From Escherichia coli (GTDB lineage Bacteria; Pseudomonadota; Gammaproteobacteria; Enterobacterales; Enterobacteriaceae), in the NCBI RefSeq assembly GCF_030013595.1, contig NZ_CP122768.1: DNA of 64,000 nt. The stretch is one strand, 5' to 3'. The position numbers were made by a program, and so were the translations under genes. Positions 51,361 through 61,030 of the stretch are shown one piece after another; within the stretch, counting starts at the first letter, position 1, and every line of letters starts with the position of its first letter. The notes beneath the pieces are model-generated. The model did not search any database, was not told the origin of the DNA, and was given only the letters and a program-made list of their open reading frames with translations.

Positions 51361-51447
51361 TCGATCATGGTTTGGCATCCATTTCCGATCACAGTTTGGC
51401 ATCACAATCGATCACGATTTGGCATGCTTCCGCTCATTGATTGGCAT
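51361..51447 (+). repeat. Array of four ~20-bp direct repeats with core TTTGGCAT (iteron-like)
   Basis: TCGATCATGGTTTGGCATCC / CCGATCACAGTTTGGCATCA / TCGATCACGATTTGGCATGC / CTCATTGATTGGCATCC, unevenly spaced (~12 to ~34 bp between cores), between terW-like stop and the IS66 orf1. Confidence 0.6.
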
Positions 51448-51538
51448 CCTGGTGTCGTTACGGGGAAGTCATCTTCACAGGGATCTTCAGTCAGTTAGCA
51501 TTACCGACATCCATTCACCAACTTACCGGAGATAATCA

Positions 51539-51868
51539 ATGTCAAAACCCCGATGGACGCTTGATCAGAAAAAACATCACGTTGCCGCATGGCGCGCCAG
51601 CGGCCTTACCCGTGAACAGTACTGTGAACTTTACGACATTCCGTTTAAATCCCTGCGCCAGTGGCCGCAGGATGTCGCAAAAGCCGAAAAACGAGCCAGA
51701 GCACCAGAAATTATTCCTGTTTCAGTATCTGGCTCTTCCGGAATGACTGATGGCAGACCATTGTCGGATGAGCCTGTCACTCTCTTCCTGCCCGGTGGTA
51801 TCCGGATGTGCTGCCAGCCTTCTCAGTTAACCGATGTTTTCCGGGCTCTTCGCCATGCTGACGCCTGA
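51539..51868 (+). CDS. IS66-family accessory protein orf1 (outer copy)
   Basis: 109 aa MSKPRWTLDQKKHHVAAWRASGLTREQYCELYDIPFKSLRQW (HTH). Confidence 0.65.
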   Translation: MSKPRWTLDQKKHHVAAWRASGLTREQYCELYDIPFKSLRQWPQDVAKAEKRARAPEIIPVSVSGSSGMTDGRPLSDEPVTLFLPGGIRMCCQPSQLTDVFRALRHADA

Positions 51869-52235
51869 TAACGTATTCCTGGTCGTAAAACCCGTCGATA
51901 TGCGCCGGGGTATCGACACACTGACACAGTACGTCCAGAACGAACTTAACGCTGCATGGCATGACGGTGCTGCTTTTGTCTTCACCAATAAAGTCCGCTC
52001 CCGCATAAAAGTTCTCCGGTGGGACAAACATGGCGTATGGCTGTGTACCCGACGACTGCACCGGGGAAGCTTCCGCTGGCCCCGGAAAGGTGATGCCACA
52101 TGGCATCTCACACAGGATGAGTTTCACTGGCTGGTCTTTGGGGTTGACTGGCAACAGGTGAAAGGGCATGACCTGGCAAAATGGGTATACCAGGAAGAAC
52201 CCGAAGATGCTCAGAGCAACGCAATAACTCAATGA
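51834..52235 (+). CDS. IS66-family TnpB-like orf2 (outer copy)
   Basis: ...LVVKPVDMRRGIDTL...VLRWDKHGVWLCTRRLHRGSFRWP parallels other IS66 orf2 copies. Confidence 0.65.
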   Translation: MFSGLFAMLTPDNVFLVVKPVDMRRGIDTLTQYVQNELNAAWHDGAAFVFTNKVRSRIKVLRWDKHGVWLCTRRLHRGSFRWPRKGDATWHLTQDEFHWLVFGVDWQQVKGHDLAKWVYQEEPEDAQSNAITQ

Positions 52236-52277
52236 AATATAATGAATATCCATGCGTGATGTCATATAATCCACCGC

Positions 52278-53108
52278 ATGGATATCTCGCTTCTCAGTAC
52301 CACCAGTGACCCTGAACAGCTTCGCGCTCTGGCAATTGCCATGGTGCAAAAAGTCATGGCTGAGAATGCAGAACTTCAGAACCGTATCCGCATCCTGGAA
52401 GAGCAGATGAAGCTCGCACGCCAGCAGCGTTTCGGTAAAAAATGCGAATCGCTGGCCGGGATGCAGCGTTCCCTGTTCGAAGAGGATGTTGACGCGGATA
52501 TCGCAGAAATCTCGGCGCATCTGGACAAACTGCTTCCTCAGACCGGGGACGAAGAAAAAACAACAACACGTCCTGTTCGTAAGCCCTTGCCTTCACCTCT
52601 TCCCCGTGCTGAAAAGGTTATCCCGCCAGCTGAGGAACGTTGTCCTGACTGTGATGCCCCCCTGCACTTCATTCGCGATGAAGTCAGCGAGAAGCTGGAA
52701 TATATTCCGGCACAGGTCGTGGTCAACCGCTATATCCGCCCGCAGTACAGCTGTCCCTGCTGTGAGAAAGTGTTCAGCGGAAAAATGCCGGCACATATCC
52801 TTCCGAAAAGTGCTGTTGAGCCATCGGTCATCGCACAGGTTGTCATCAGCAAATATACCGACCATCTGCCCCTGTATCGCCAGCAGCACATTTTCTCCCG
52901 AATGGGGGTGGAGCTCCCCGTCAGTACAATGGCGGATATGGTCGGTGTTGCTGGCGCTGCACTGGCCCCGCTGGCAAAATTGTTACGCCACGAGCTTCTG
53001 ACACGGGATGTTATTCATGCAGATGAAACGTCCCTGAGGCTCCTTGATACCCGGAAAGGCGGTAAATCCTGCTCCGGCTGGCTGTGGGCTTACGTCAGCG
53101 GAGAAAGA
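52278..53108 (+). pseudogene. IS66-family transposase TnpC, N-terminal part (interrupted by nested IS66)
   Basis: Cys-rich region CPDCDA...CPCCEK; reading frame runs into the nested element's terminal repeat at 53109. Confidence 0.7.
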
Positions 53109-53138
53109 GTAAGCGTCAACGGAGCACCGTATTGACGC

Positions 53139-54752
53139 TTATTTATTGGTGAGTACTACGTTCCATGGCAGGAGTTCATCAACTCGGTTGGAAGGCCATT
53201 CTGGCAGTACGCTCAGGATATGGCGCAGATACGCTTCCGGATCGATACCGTTCAGACGGCAGGTGCCGATCAGCCCGTACAACAGTGCTCCACGCTCGCC
53301 GCCGTGATCGCTGCCAAAGAACATAAAGTTTTTCTTTCCGAGACAGACTGCACGAAGCGCTCTTTCCGCAGCATTATTATCCGCCTCCGCCAGACCGTCA
53401 TCACTGTAATAACAGAGGGCATCCCACTGATTCAGTACATAGCTGCACGCTTCGCCCAGTCTGGATTTTTTCGACAGCGTACCATTCTTCTCCACCATCC
53501 ATTCATGCAGTGACGTCAGTAACACTTTGCTTCGCTGCTGCCTGACGGCAAGACGCTCTGACTCCGGTAATCCCCGTATTTCATCCTCGATGGCGTACAG
53601 TTCACTGATTCGCTTCAGGGCTTCTTCTGCCGTCGCACTTTTGCTGCTGATGTATACATCGTGGATTTTTCGCCGGGCATGGGCCCAGCACGCAACTTCT
53701 GTCAGTGCACCACCTTCACGTTCTGCACTGAACAGCCGATCGTAACCGCTGAACGCATCCGCCTGCAGGATACCCCGGAAGGGACGAAGGTGTTGTACCG
53801 GATGTTTTCCCTGCCTGTCTGGTGAGTAGGCGAACCAGACCGCCGGTGGCTCTGATGAGCCCGCATTCCGGTCATCCCGGACATACGTCCAGATGCGTCC
53901 TGTTTTTGCCTTTTTTCTGCCCGGTGCCAGCACTTTTACTGGTGTGTCGTCAGTGTGAACCTTGCGGGTGTTCATCACGTAACGGTACAGGGTATCATTC
54001 AGCAGAGTCATTAACTGACAACATGCGTCAACCCAGTTGGAGAGTAATGCCCGGCTCAGTTCGATGCCCTGGCGGGCAAAGATTTCACTCTGACGATACA
54101 GTGGCAGGTGTTCGCAGTATTTTCCCGTTAACACGCGGGCAAGTAATCCGGAGCCCGCGATGCCGCGCTCTATCGGGCGGGACGGCGCTGGCGCTTCAAC
54201 TATACAGTCACATTTTGTACAGGCTTTTTTTACCCGAACAGTGCGGATCACTTTCAGGGCGCTACTCACCAGTTCCAGCTGCTCAGCACTGACTTCCCCC
54301 AGATAATCCAGCTCACTGCCACACTCCGGGCAACAACTTTCTTCAGGCTCCAGACGGTGTATTTCACGGGGAAGATGTGCCGGTAACGGACGACGATGAC
54401 GTGACTGTCGCAACTGGCGGGGAACCTGCGGGTCATCCTCACGCCCACTGTAACGATCGCTTTCCTGTTCGCGTTGTTTCAGTTGGGCCTCAGCCTGTTC
54501 AACCTCACGCTGCAGTTTTTCAGAACGGGTACCGAACAACATCCGGCGCAGTTTTTCTATCTGGGCCCTCAGATGTTCTATTTCCCGCTCCTCCTCTTCG
54601 ATCTTTTCCTCGGCACGTGCCAGTGCAGAGCGCAGGAAGGCCTCCGTCTCTTCAACCAGACTCAGTTGCTGATCTTTCTGACGGAGGGCTTCAGCCTGCT
54701 CAGAGAGCAGCCTTTCCAGCTCAGTGATACGAATGAGGTATTTCCGACTCAT
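53139..54752 (-). CDS. IS66-family transposase TnpC (nested copy)
   Basis: 537 aa; CPECGSEL...CTKCDC zinc-finger-like region; DDE region. Confidence 0.85.
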   Translation of the reverse strand: MSRKYLIRITELERLLSEQAEALRQKDQQLSLVEETEAFLRSALARAEEKIEEEEREIEHLRAQIEKLRRMLFGTRSEKLQREVEQAEAQLKQREQESDRYSGREDDPQVPRQLRQSRHRRPLPAHLPREIHRLEPEESCCPECGSELDYLGEVSAEQLELVSSALKVIRTVRVKKACTKCDCIVEAPAPSRPIERGIAGSGLLARVLTGKYCEHLPLYRQSEIFARQGIELSRALLSNWVDACCQLMTLLNDTLYRYVMNTRKVHTDDTPVKVLAPGRKKAKTGRIWTYVRDDRNAGSSEPPAVWFAYSPDRQGKHPVQHLRPFRGILQADAFSGYDRLFSAEREGGALTEVACWAHARRKIHDVYISSKSATAEEALKRISELYAIEDEIRGLPESERLAVRQQRSKVLLTSLHEWMVEKNGTLSKKSRLGEACSYVLNQWDALCYYSDDGLAEADNNAAERALRAVCLGKKNFMFFGSDHGGERGALLYGLIGTCRLNGIDPEAYLRHILSVLPEWPSNRVDELLPWNVVLTNK

Positions 54753-54782
54753 GACCGTTTTTATAATCCGGCCATGACATTT

Positions 54783-55133
54783 TTACAACATTGTCAGTGC
54801 ATTAAGGCGGGATGTTTTGGGCTGACGCCAGTCCAGTTTATCGAGGAGCATTGCCAGCTGCGAGCGGGTAATGGATACCTTACCGTCACGCACCGCAGGC
54901 CAGATAAACTGGCCTTCCTCCAGACGTTTGGTGAACAGGCACAGACCATCAGCATCAGCCCACAGAATTTTAATCGTGTCACCCCGTCGGCCGCGAAAGA
55001 TAAACAGGTGACCGGAGAAGGGGTTCTCATCCAGCACATGTTGTACCTGTTCTCCCAGACCGTTGAAGGATTTACGCATATCAGTAACGCCGGCAACCAG
55101 CCAGATTCGAGTGCCTGATGGGAGCGAGATCAT
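54783..55133 (-). CDS. IS66-family TnpB-like orf2 (nested copy)
   Basis: 116 aa MISLPSGTRIWLVAGVTDMRKSFNGL... Confidence 0.8.
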   Translation of the reverse strand: MISLPSGTRIWLVAGVTDMRKSFNGLGEQVQHVLDENPFSGHLFIFRGRRGDTIKILWADADGLCLFTKRLEEGQFIWPAVRDGKVSITRSQLAMLLDKLDWRQPKTSRLNALTML

Positions 55134-55555
55134 CGTCCCCTCCCGGTCAGTTCACGGATCAACACCGTGAGCAGCTCTGGTGAAGGATTTTCCAGCGTCA
55201 TGTTACCGTGGCGGAACTCAACTTTACAGGAACTGGCACTGACTGTGCTTTGTGAAGGAGTGGATAAAAGCGGAGTAAGAGCCGCCATAGGCTCTTTCTG
55301 CTCATCAGGCGTTATCTCAACAGGTAATAATTCAACGCCAGCGCCAGAAGAGGTTGTTACCGGAAGACGCCGCGATATACGCCTTTCGTTCTGCCAGAGC
55401 CTGAGCCATTTGAACAGGAGGTTATCATTGATATCGTGTTCCCGGGCAATACGGGCAACAGAGGCTCCTGGTTGTGAAGCCAGTTTAACCATTTGAAGTT
55501 TAAACTCATTTGAAAATGATCTGCGGGGTTCTGAGGATAATATTTTCTGTTCCAT
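55130..55555 (-). CDS. IS66-family accessory protein orf1 (nested copy)
   Basis: 141 aa, near-identical to 15953-16378. Confidence 0.8.
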   Translation of the reverse strand: MEQKILSSEPRRSFSNEFKLQMVKLASQPGASVARIAREHDINDNLLFKWLRLWQNERRISRRLPVTTSSGAGVELLPVEITPDEQKEPMAALTPLLSTPSQSTVSASSCKVEFRHGNMTLENPSPELLTVLIRELTGRGR

Positions 55556-55649
55556 AACAGGTGTCCACTAGTTGAAAAGGTGGGCACCTACGTTACCAAT
55601 ACTGGCTTAATGGCTACATACGGCGGTCAGTTTACGCTTACGAGAAAGA

Positions 55650-56360
55650 AGCGGTCCGCCGGTCGTCTGTTTTGACTCGCAGACCGGACGGGCCCTCAGA
55701 TATCCTGAGGCCTGGCTGCAGGGCTGGTGTGGCGGTACGCTGGTGAGTGACGGATACAGCGTGTACAAATCTCTGGCGGATAATGACCCCGGTATTACAT
55801 CTGCCTGTTGCTGGAGCCACGCAAGGCGCGGTTTCGCAAATCTGTATAAGGCCAGCAGGGAGCCCCGTGCAGCCATGGCGCTGAGAAAAATCGCGGGTCT
55901 TTATCGCATTGAGAAGTTCATCCGTGAACGTCCTGTGGAAAAAATACGGCAATGGCGACAACGGTATTCCCGGCCGATAGTGAATGACCTGTTTGCCTGG
56001 CCTGAAGAGCAGGAGCCGTGCTGTCCGCCCGACGGACCACTAAACAAAGCGATTAATTATATCCTGAACCGGCGCGATGAACTGAGCTGCTTCCTGAGTG
56101 ACGGAGCCGTGCCCCTGGACAACAATATCTGCGAGCGTGCTATCCGCCCGGTGGTCATGGGGCGGAAAGCATGGTTATTCGCCGGTTCACTGATGGCCGG
56201 GAACCGCGCGGCACAGATAATGAGCCTTCTGGAAACGGCAAAACGTAATGGTCTGGAGCCGCATGCCTGGCTGACAGACGTTCTGACGCGTCTACCGGAG
56301 TGGCCGGAAGACCGACTGGAAGAGTTGCTGCCCCTTGAGGGATTTACCTTCTCCGGATGA
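55650..56360 (+). pseudogene. IS66-family transposase TnpC, C-terminal part (outer copy, resumes after nested IS)
   Basis: ...CWSHARRGFANLYKA...LPEWPEDRLEELLPL is the conserved TnpC C-terminus; track ORF 55743-56360. Confidence 0.7.
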
Positions 56361-56570
56361 GTGATACCTGCCATCAGGTGTTCGTGCAGCGGGCCATAAC
56401 CCGCAGTCGGGAGTTGAACGCCTGACGACAGGAAATGAGCCAGAGCAGCGACCACGCGGGCTGACAGTGAGTCAGAACCTGAATCAGCCCGGAGCCATTC
56501 CCGGGGCTGTACTTCATCACCTGCCATCAGTACCCGTGTCAGTACTTCGCGACCTGACGCAATTACCCGA

Positions 56571-56870
56571 CTCAGTTCTTCAGAACCCGCCTCCGATACC
56601 AGCCTGGCGGTCGCCCCTGTGCAACAAAATAAATCAACCATCGTCAGACGGTGATCAATCGTATGCGCTGCCAGTGGCTCGCCTGAAAAATGCGTCAATA
56701 TGAGTTCGCCGGAACAATACCTCAGTTCTTCAGAACCCGCCTCCGATACCAGCCTGGCGGTCGCCCCGGCGCAACAGAATAAATCAACCATCGTCAGACT
56801 GCGATCATTCGTATGCATCGCTGATGATGCGCCCGAAAAACGCGTCAATATGAGTTCGCCGGAATATTAC
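56571..56870 (+). repeat. Tandem direct duplication, 2 x ~150 bp, ~85-90% identical by eye
   Basis: Unit begins CTCAGTTCTTCAGAACCCGCCTCCGATACCAGCCTGGCGGTCGCCCC... at 56571 and again at 56721. Confidence 0.8.
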
Positions 56871-57243
56871 TGACGACACGGTTTGTAGTTACGTTCCTTC
56901 GGTGAGTGAGTACCTGTGCGTCAGGGTAACGCAATCAGTTCAGGTTTAGCGGGGTGTCAAGTCGGTTTGGCTAACCGACCGCAGAATTAACTGTACCTTT
57001 AAAGGTCGCCCCCGATATATCTGCCTGTCAGACATATCGCCGATTCGGTATCTCACTACATAAAACTCCTTAAAAAACAATGCGATTCTGTTGGTACGAA
57101 GCTTTCAGTAAGTCAGTCCGGAGAAGCGCCAGTACGATACAGAATGAGGTTGAAAAAAACGTTCACGTCTGGTCACTTCTTCAAATGTTAAAAAACATCT
57201 CGTAAAGAGCCAGTTTATGCGGGTTCGTTGAGTAGACGTGCGA

Positions 57244-57282
57244 GCGTCACTTTGTCAGCTTTAACGCTGACGAAAGTGACGC
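57244..57282 (+). repeat. Near-perfect 16-bp inverted repeat with 6-nt loop (strong stem-loop) in a ~1-kb ORF-free region
   Basis: GCGTCACTTTGTCAGC - TTTAAC - GCTGACGAAAGTGACGC (one bulged G). Confidence 0.6.
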
Positions 57283-57582
57283 CCGCACAGCTTCAAACTC
57301 CACATGCACACGCAAGCGACCAAATTTCAAATGGTCTTATGCCGTGCGCACAGTCATAAGAAGCGCATGCGGAAAGTCAGAAAATATCTTAAGACGCAGA
57401 TTTTAAAGGCGTTTTTATGCCAGTCTGCCGGGAATACACAGTAGTCCGGTTGTCCGGAAGCACCACGGTAATCCGAAGGAAAAATCAACGTACCTCAATC
57501 ACCGTAGTGATATCCGTTCCCAGAGGCTAAACGGATGTACCACCATAAAGGCATCCTCTTTCAGGCTACGAGGATATTGCAA

Positions 57583-57671
57583 TCACCCGAAGGCGTTTCT
57601 CTCAGATTGCTGAAACATTGGCTGGCAGTCACCCGAAGGCGTCCCTCTCAGACTGCTGGAACATTGGCTGG
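57583..57671 (+). repeat. Tandem direct repeat, 2 x 43 bp separated by 3 bp
   Basis: TCACCCGAAGGCGTTTCTCTCAGATTGCTGAAACATTGGCTGG / TCACCCGAAGGCGTCCCTCTCAGACTGCTGGAACATTGGCTGG. Confidence 0.8.
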
Positions 57672-57826
57672 TCGCAAAAGCGACAGTTAATGCAAATACA
57701 GGTTAACAAAAAGGGAAATCTGCCGTCAACCCAACCATATGAACATGTTGATTTCATTATGAATGTGATGTTCTAATATAAATTAATCAGTAACTTCATA
57801 AAAAGAATATAAGAAACAGATAATGC

Positions 57827-58564
57827 ATGTATTTACACACATATCAGCACAATGATAGATTACCACCCCAGAAACACGATAAAGGTATAATTATGGAATT
57901 TTCCGTTATTTTTTTCTGGGTTATCACTGGTCTTATTACCATCTTATTCTTAAAATCAATAATAACCGATCTAATAAAAAACCTAAACAAAACAGACATA
58001 GCGTTATATATATTGGCATTTTTATCAGCCGGATATACATTCCAGTATATTTACAATGACAATATATTTTCAGAACTATGGGGAGTTGGCCTGTTTGTTA
58101 CTCTGATAGTACTGAATATAGTATTTAATCTCTTTTTTAGACTCTTATTCATTCTCTCGAAAATGATATTAATGTCACGACATATAAGAAAGATGCAAAA
58201 AAAACTAAAACAGACGTCTGTGCCTGATTTTATTTATTATTCAATAGAAAAACACAACAAATATCCCATATATGTATTACACATGCCATCAAACAATATA
58301 ATTGAAATAGGCTACAATATAATAAACACCGATCTGGTCATTGGCGAAAAAATTCATTTCAGGACACTAAGCAATCGTTCTTTATATTTTAACCTCACCC
58401 AACCCCCATTAATCGCGACAATAAAAGATGATGTGTTTTGCACTCTTCATGATTACTATAACCACAATAATGAAACGAAATCCACTATTGACAATTACAT
58501 ATCAAAAATAAAGGATAATCATAATACCCCATGGTTATTAAACAACGAAAATGTTCAGGAATAA
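57827..58564 (+). CDS. Hypothetical membrane protein in very AT-rich DNA
   Basis: 245-aa ORF with several hydrophobic helices; start may be the internal Met (MEFSVIFFWV); extreme AT-bias makes a chance ORF less likely but not excluded. Confidence 0.35.
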   Translation: MYLHTYQHNDRLPPQKHDKGIIMEFSVIFFWVITGLITILFLKSIITDLIKNLNKTDIALYILAFLSAGYTFQYIYNDNIFSELWGVGLFVTLIVLNIVFNLFFRLLFILSKMILMSRHIRKMQKKLKQTSVPDFIYYSIEKHNKYPIYVLHMPSNNIIEIGYNIINTDLVIGEKIHFRTLSNRSLYFNLTQPPLIATIKDDVFCTLHDYYNHNNETKSTIDNYISKIKDNHNTPWLLNNENVQE

Positions 58565-58716
58565 AAAAAGAGACAATTCCCGAGATAAAACAAAAGAGCA
58601 TAAACATATGAACCGGAAATTCTATTTCAAAAATATCCTGTGGGGAATGTGCCCCATTATAATATCCATATTGCATCTGATATATGACACACCAACAGAA
58701 GGGTAATGACTCCAAC

Positions 58717-59220
58717 TTACTGATAGTGTTTTATGTTCAGATAATGCCCGATGACCTTGTCATGCAGCTCCACCGATTTTGAGAACGACAGTGACTTCCG
58801 TCCCAGCCTTGCCAGATGTTGTCTCAGATTCAGGTTATGCCGCTCAATGCGCTGAGTATAACGCTTGCTGATAACGTGCAGCTTTCCCTTCAGGCGTGAT
58901 TCATACAGCGGCCAGCCATCCGTCATCCATACCACGACCTCAAAGGCCGACAGCAGGCTCAGAAGACGCTCCAGTGTGGCCAGAGTGCGTTCACCGAAGA
59001 CGTGCGCCACAACCGTCCTCCGCATCCTGTCATACGCGTAAAACAGCCAGCGCTGACGTGATTTAGCACCGACGTAGCCCCACTGTTCGTCCATTTCAGC
59101 GCAGACAATCACATCACTGCCCGGTTGTATGCGCGAGGTTACCGACTGCGGCCTGAGTTTTTTAAGTGGCGGAAAATCGTGTTGAGGCCAACGCCAATAA
59201 TGCGTGCACTGGCGCGACAT
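58717..59220 (-). CDS. insB: IS1 InsB (transposase frame)
   Basis: 167 aa, near-identical to copy A InsB. Confidence 0.9.
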   Translation of the reverse strand: MSRQCTHYWRWPQHDFPPLKKLRPQSVTSRIQPGSDVIVCAEMDEQWGYVGAKSRQRWLFYAYDRMRRTVVAHVFGERTLATLERLLSLLSAFEVVVWMTDGWPLYESRLKGKLHVISKRYTQRIERHNLNLRQHLARLGRKSLSFSKSVELHDKVIGHYLNIKHYQ

Positions 59221-59414
59221 CCGACGCCATTCATGGCCATATCAATGATTTTCTGGTGCGTACCGGGCTGAGAGGCGGCGTAAGTGAACTGTAGTTGCCA
59301 TGTTTTACGGCAGTGAGAGCAGAGATAGCGCTGATGTCCGGCGGTGCTTTTGCCGTTACGCACCACCCCGTCAGTAGCTGAACAGGAGGGACAGCTGATA
59401 GAAACAGAAGCCAC
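59139..59414 (-). CDS. insA: IS1 InsA
   Basis: 91 aa, near-identical to copy A InsA. Confidence 0.9.
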   Translation of the reverse strand: MASVSISCPSCSATDGVVRNGKSTAGHQRYLCSHCRKTWQLQFTYAASQPGTHQKIIDMAMNGVGCRASARIIGVGLNTIFRHLKNSGRSR

Positions 59415-60020
59415 TGGAGCACCTCAAAAACACCATCATACACTAAATCAGTAAGTTGGCAGCATCACCAACAGAAGCATCGATAAAAGTTGACTTATTT
59501 CTGATACTCAGTGGCCTGGCCCTTCCTTGTTCAATATACCTGACAAAAACAATCACACTAAAATACACATCCATATCATTCTGGAAAAAACCTCTTTTCT
59601 GGTCTTATGGTATATATCATTTTCATCTTGTTTATATAATGACATGTATAGTTTTAGCAATACCTTCTGCAATTATCGTTTTATTCTTTCACTTTTATCA
59701 AAACATCACCAGAAACTGGAAGTGACAACCGCAATAATGAACATAAAAAGGCAAATCAGAATGGCAGTAAATCAATAAAGTACCATTTCATATGAATCAT
59801 CAGAAAAACGGTGGACGCGACATCCAGCACGAGGCAAAACACAGCAACAAAATAAGCCGGATATCGCGCCCTGTACTTTTCTAACTCAACTCCCGGCATT
59901 GTGCAAGTTTTAATCGCAGGTGGATTCAGAGCCACGCCCCCATTGATTCAGCCTGAAGACACGTATATCCTTGGAGAAAGCAGGAATCTCATTGCTGTGA
60001 AATTCCTTACAGAATCTTCA

Positions 60021-60044
60021 GCCCCATTTTATGGGGCTTTTTTT
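60021..60044 (+). terminator. Candidate rho-independent terminator (plus strand)
   Basis: Hairpin GCCCCATTTTATGGGGC followed by TTTTTTT. Confidence 0.4.
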
Positions 60045-60651
60045 GGTGCCCCCACGCTGTTACCACACTTTCGGGATGCGAATAAAAAAGCCCACAGTTT
60101 TTACACTGCGGACTTTTGTTTTTTCTTTGTGATTTGTGTGCAAGGGTGCGACTTTCGACCGAACCTTTGGCAACCGGATAGCGGGGACTGTTGTCCCCGC
60201 TGCGGTTTCTTACGGTTTACACTGCAAGAACGCCGCAATTTCCGACCACATGAAGCTTACCCTGAATTCACACGGTGATGCGTGTAACACCCAGACGGTC
60301 AGCAACATGGTCAGGCATAACATGCCCACAATGATCGTTTTTTGCGGCATAGCACTTGCTCCTTTTACAGAGAGGCGCTAACCTTCCACTTGCTGAAGGT
60401 AGATGGTCAGGGCCTCGGGTTAACGTTTAAGTTGACTCGGGGCCTTTCCACATCCGGCCTTCAGGTAATCCTTCCAGCCGTCAGCCGAAAGGCACCCGCG
60501 CGTAATGTACTGGTTTTCAGAGAGGTCCGCAATCTTCCGGTGACGAGATCATCTGCACACGCCCCGGTGGGACGGGCTAACGGTATATTCAGGTGCAGGA
60601 TCTCTCTGTCTGGTGCGTTTTTAAATTGTCAAACGCACCCTGGCGGCAAAA

Positions 60652-60915
60652 TCAGCCACCTTTTTTCGCATCAACAAAACGCCCAAAACGCTGGGTAAAG
60701 CGTGCAACATTACCTTCTGAAGCGACAGTTCTCAGTTTACCTGTATAAAACGGATGCGACTTAGAAGAAACGTCAATTGTAACATATGGGTAAGTTACAC
60801 CATCCAGTTCAATTACCCGGTCAGTTTTGATCGTCGAACCGATCCTGAAGTACTCATCAATACTGGTATCGTGAAATACTACTGTACGGTATTCCGGATG
60901 GATATTCGGTTTCAC
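60652..60915 (-). CDS. ykgM: 50S ribosomal protein L31 type B (zinc-independent paralogue)
   Basis: 87 aa [33 protein letters not shown]...HPFYTGK; no CxxC zinc ribbon, as expected for the Zur-regulated paralogue. Confidence 0.85.
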   Translation of the reverse strand: MKPNIHPEYRTVVFHDTSIDEYFRIGSTIKTDRVIELDGVTYPYVTIDVSSKSHPFYTGKLRTVASEGNVARFTQRFGRFVDAKKGG

Positions 60916-61030
60916 AACAGTTTTCCCCCTTTAAGTGAAAATTCCGCATAAAGGTACATATTCAGACGGTCAGATTCAACTGTCTGTTCTTATAACCTCA
61001 CTCTCTTTCAGTATTACAATATGTTATATA

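Larger units (their letters stand above)
53109..55641 (-). mobile_element. IS66-family element (nested copy), intact, flanked by 8-bp target-site duplication GAGAAAGA
   Basis: Ends GTAAGCGTCAACGGAGCACCGTATTGA... (53109) and ...GTTTACGCTTAC (55641) form imperfect inverted repeats; GAGAAAGA at 53101-53108 and 55642-55649. Confidence 0.85.
51539..56360 (+). mobile_element. IS66-family element (outer copy), disrupted by nested IS66; extent given by its ORFs, ends not defined
   Basis: orf1 (51539-51868), orf2 (51834-52235), and tnpC split into 52278-53108 and 55650-56360 by a 2.5-kb insertion. Confidence 0.65.
58702..59469 (-). mobile_element. IS1 insertion sequence (copy B), inverted relative to copy A, with 8-bp direct repeat AACAGAAG at both flanks
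   Basis: 768 bp; ends GGTAATGACTCCAACTTACTGAT (58702) and ATCAGTAAGTTGGCAGCATCACC (59469); AACAGAAG at 58694-58701 and 59470-59477. Confidence 0.9.

Noticed and set aside
54377-55118. Plus-strand ORFs (116 and 214 aa) inside the nested IS66
   Set aside because: Antisense to tnpC and orf2 of that element.
56057-56848. 263-aa minus-strand ORF reading through the 150-bp tandem repeat
   Set aside because: Overlaps the IS66 tnpC C-terminus on the other strand, and its repeated peptide is a direct consequence of the DNA duplication; kept as a repeat feature, not a CDS.
56571-57671. Possible CRISPR array
   Set aside because: Only two copies of each repeat, units of 150 and 43 bp with no unique spacers of regular length, and no cas genes in the window.
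28282-59469. Composite IS1 transposon spanning the iroB/iha/ter/IS66 region
   Set aside because: Copy B carries its own 8-bp target duplication (independent insertion) and copy A has none; no shared flanking duplication for the whole segment.
60450-60650. L36 paralogue (ykgO) expected immediately downstream of ykgM
   Set aside because: Manual translation of all three minus-strand frames found no start codon followed by an L36-like sequence; not annotated, flagged as a finding instead.
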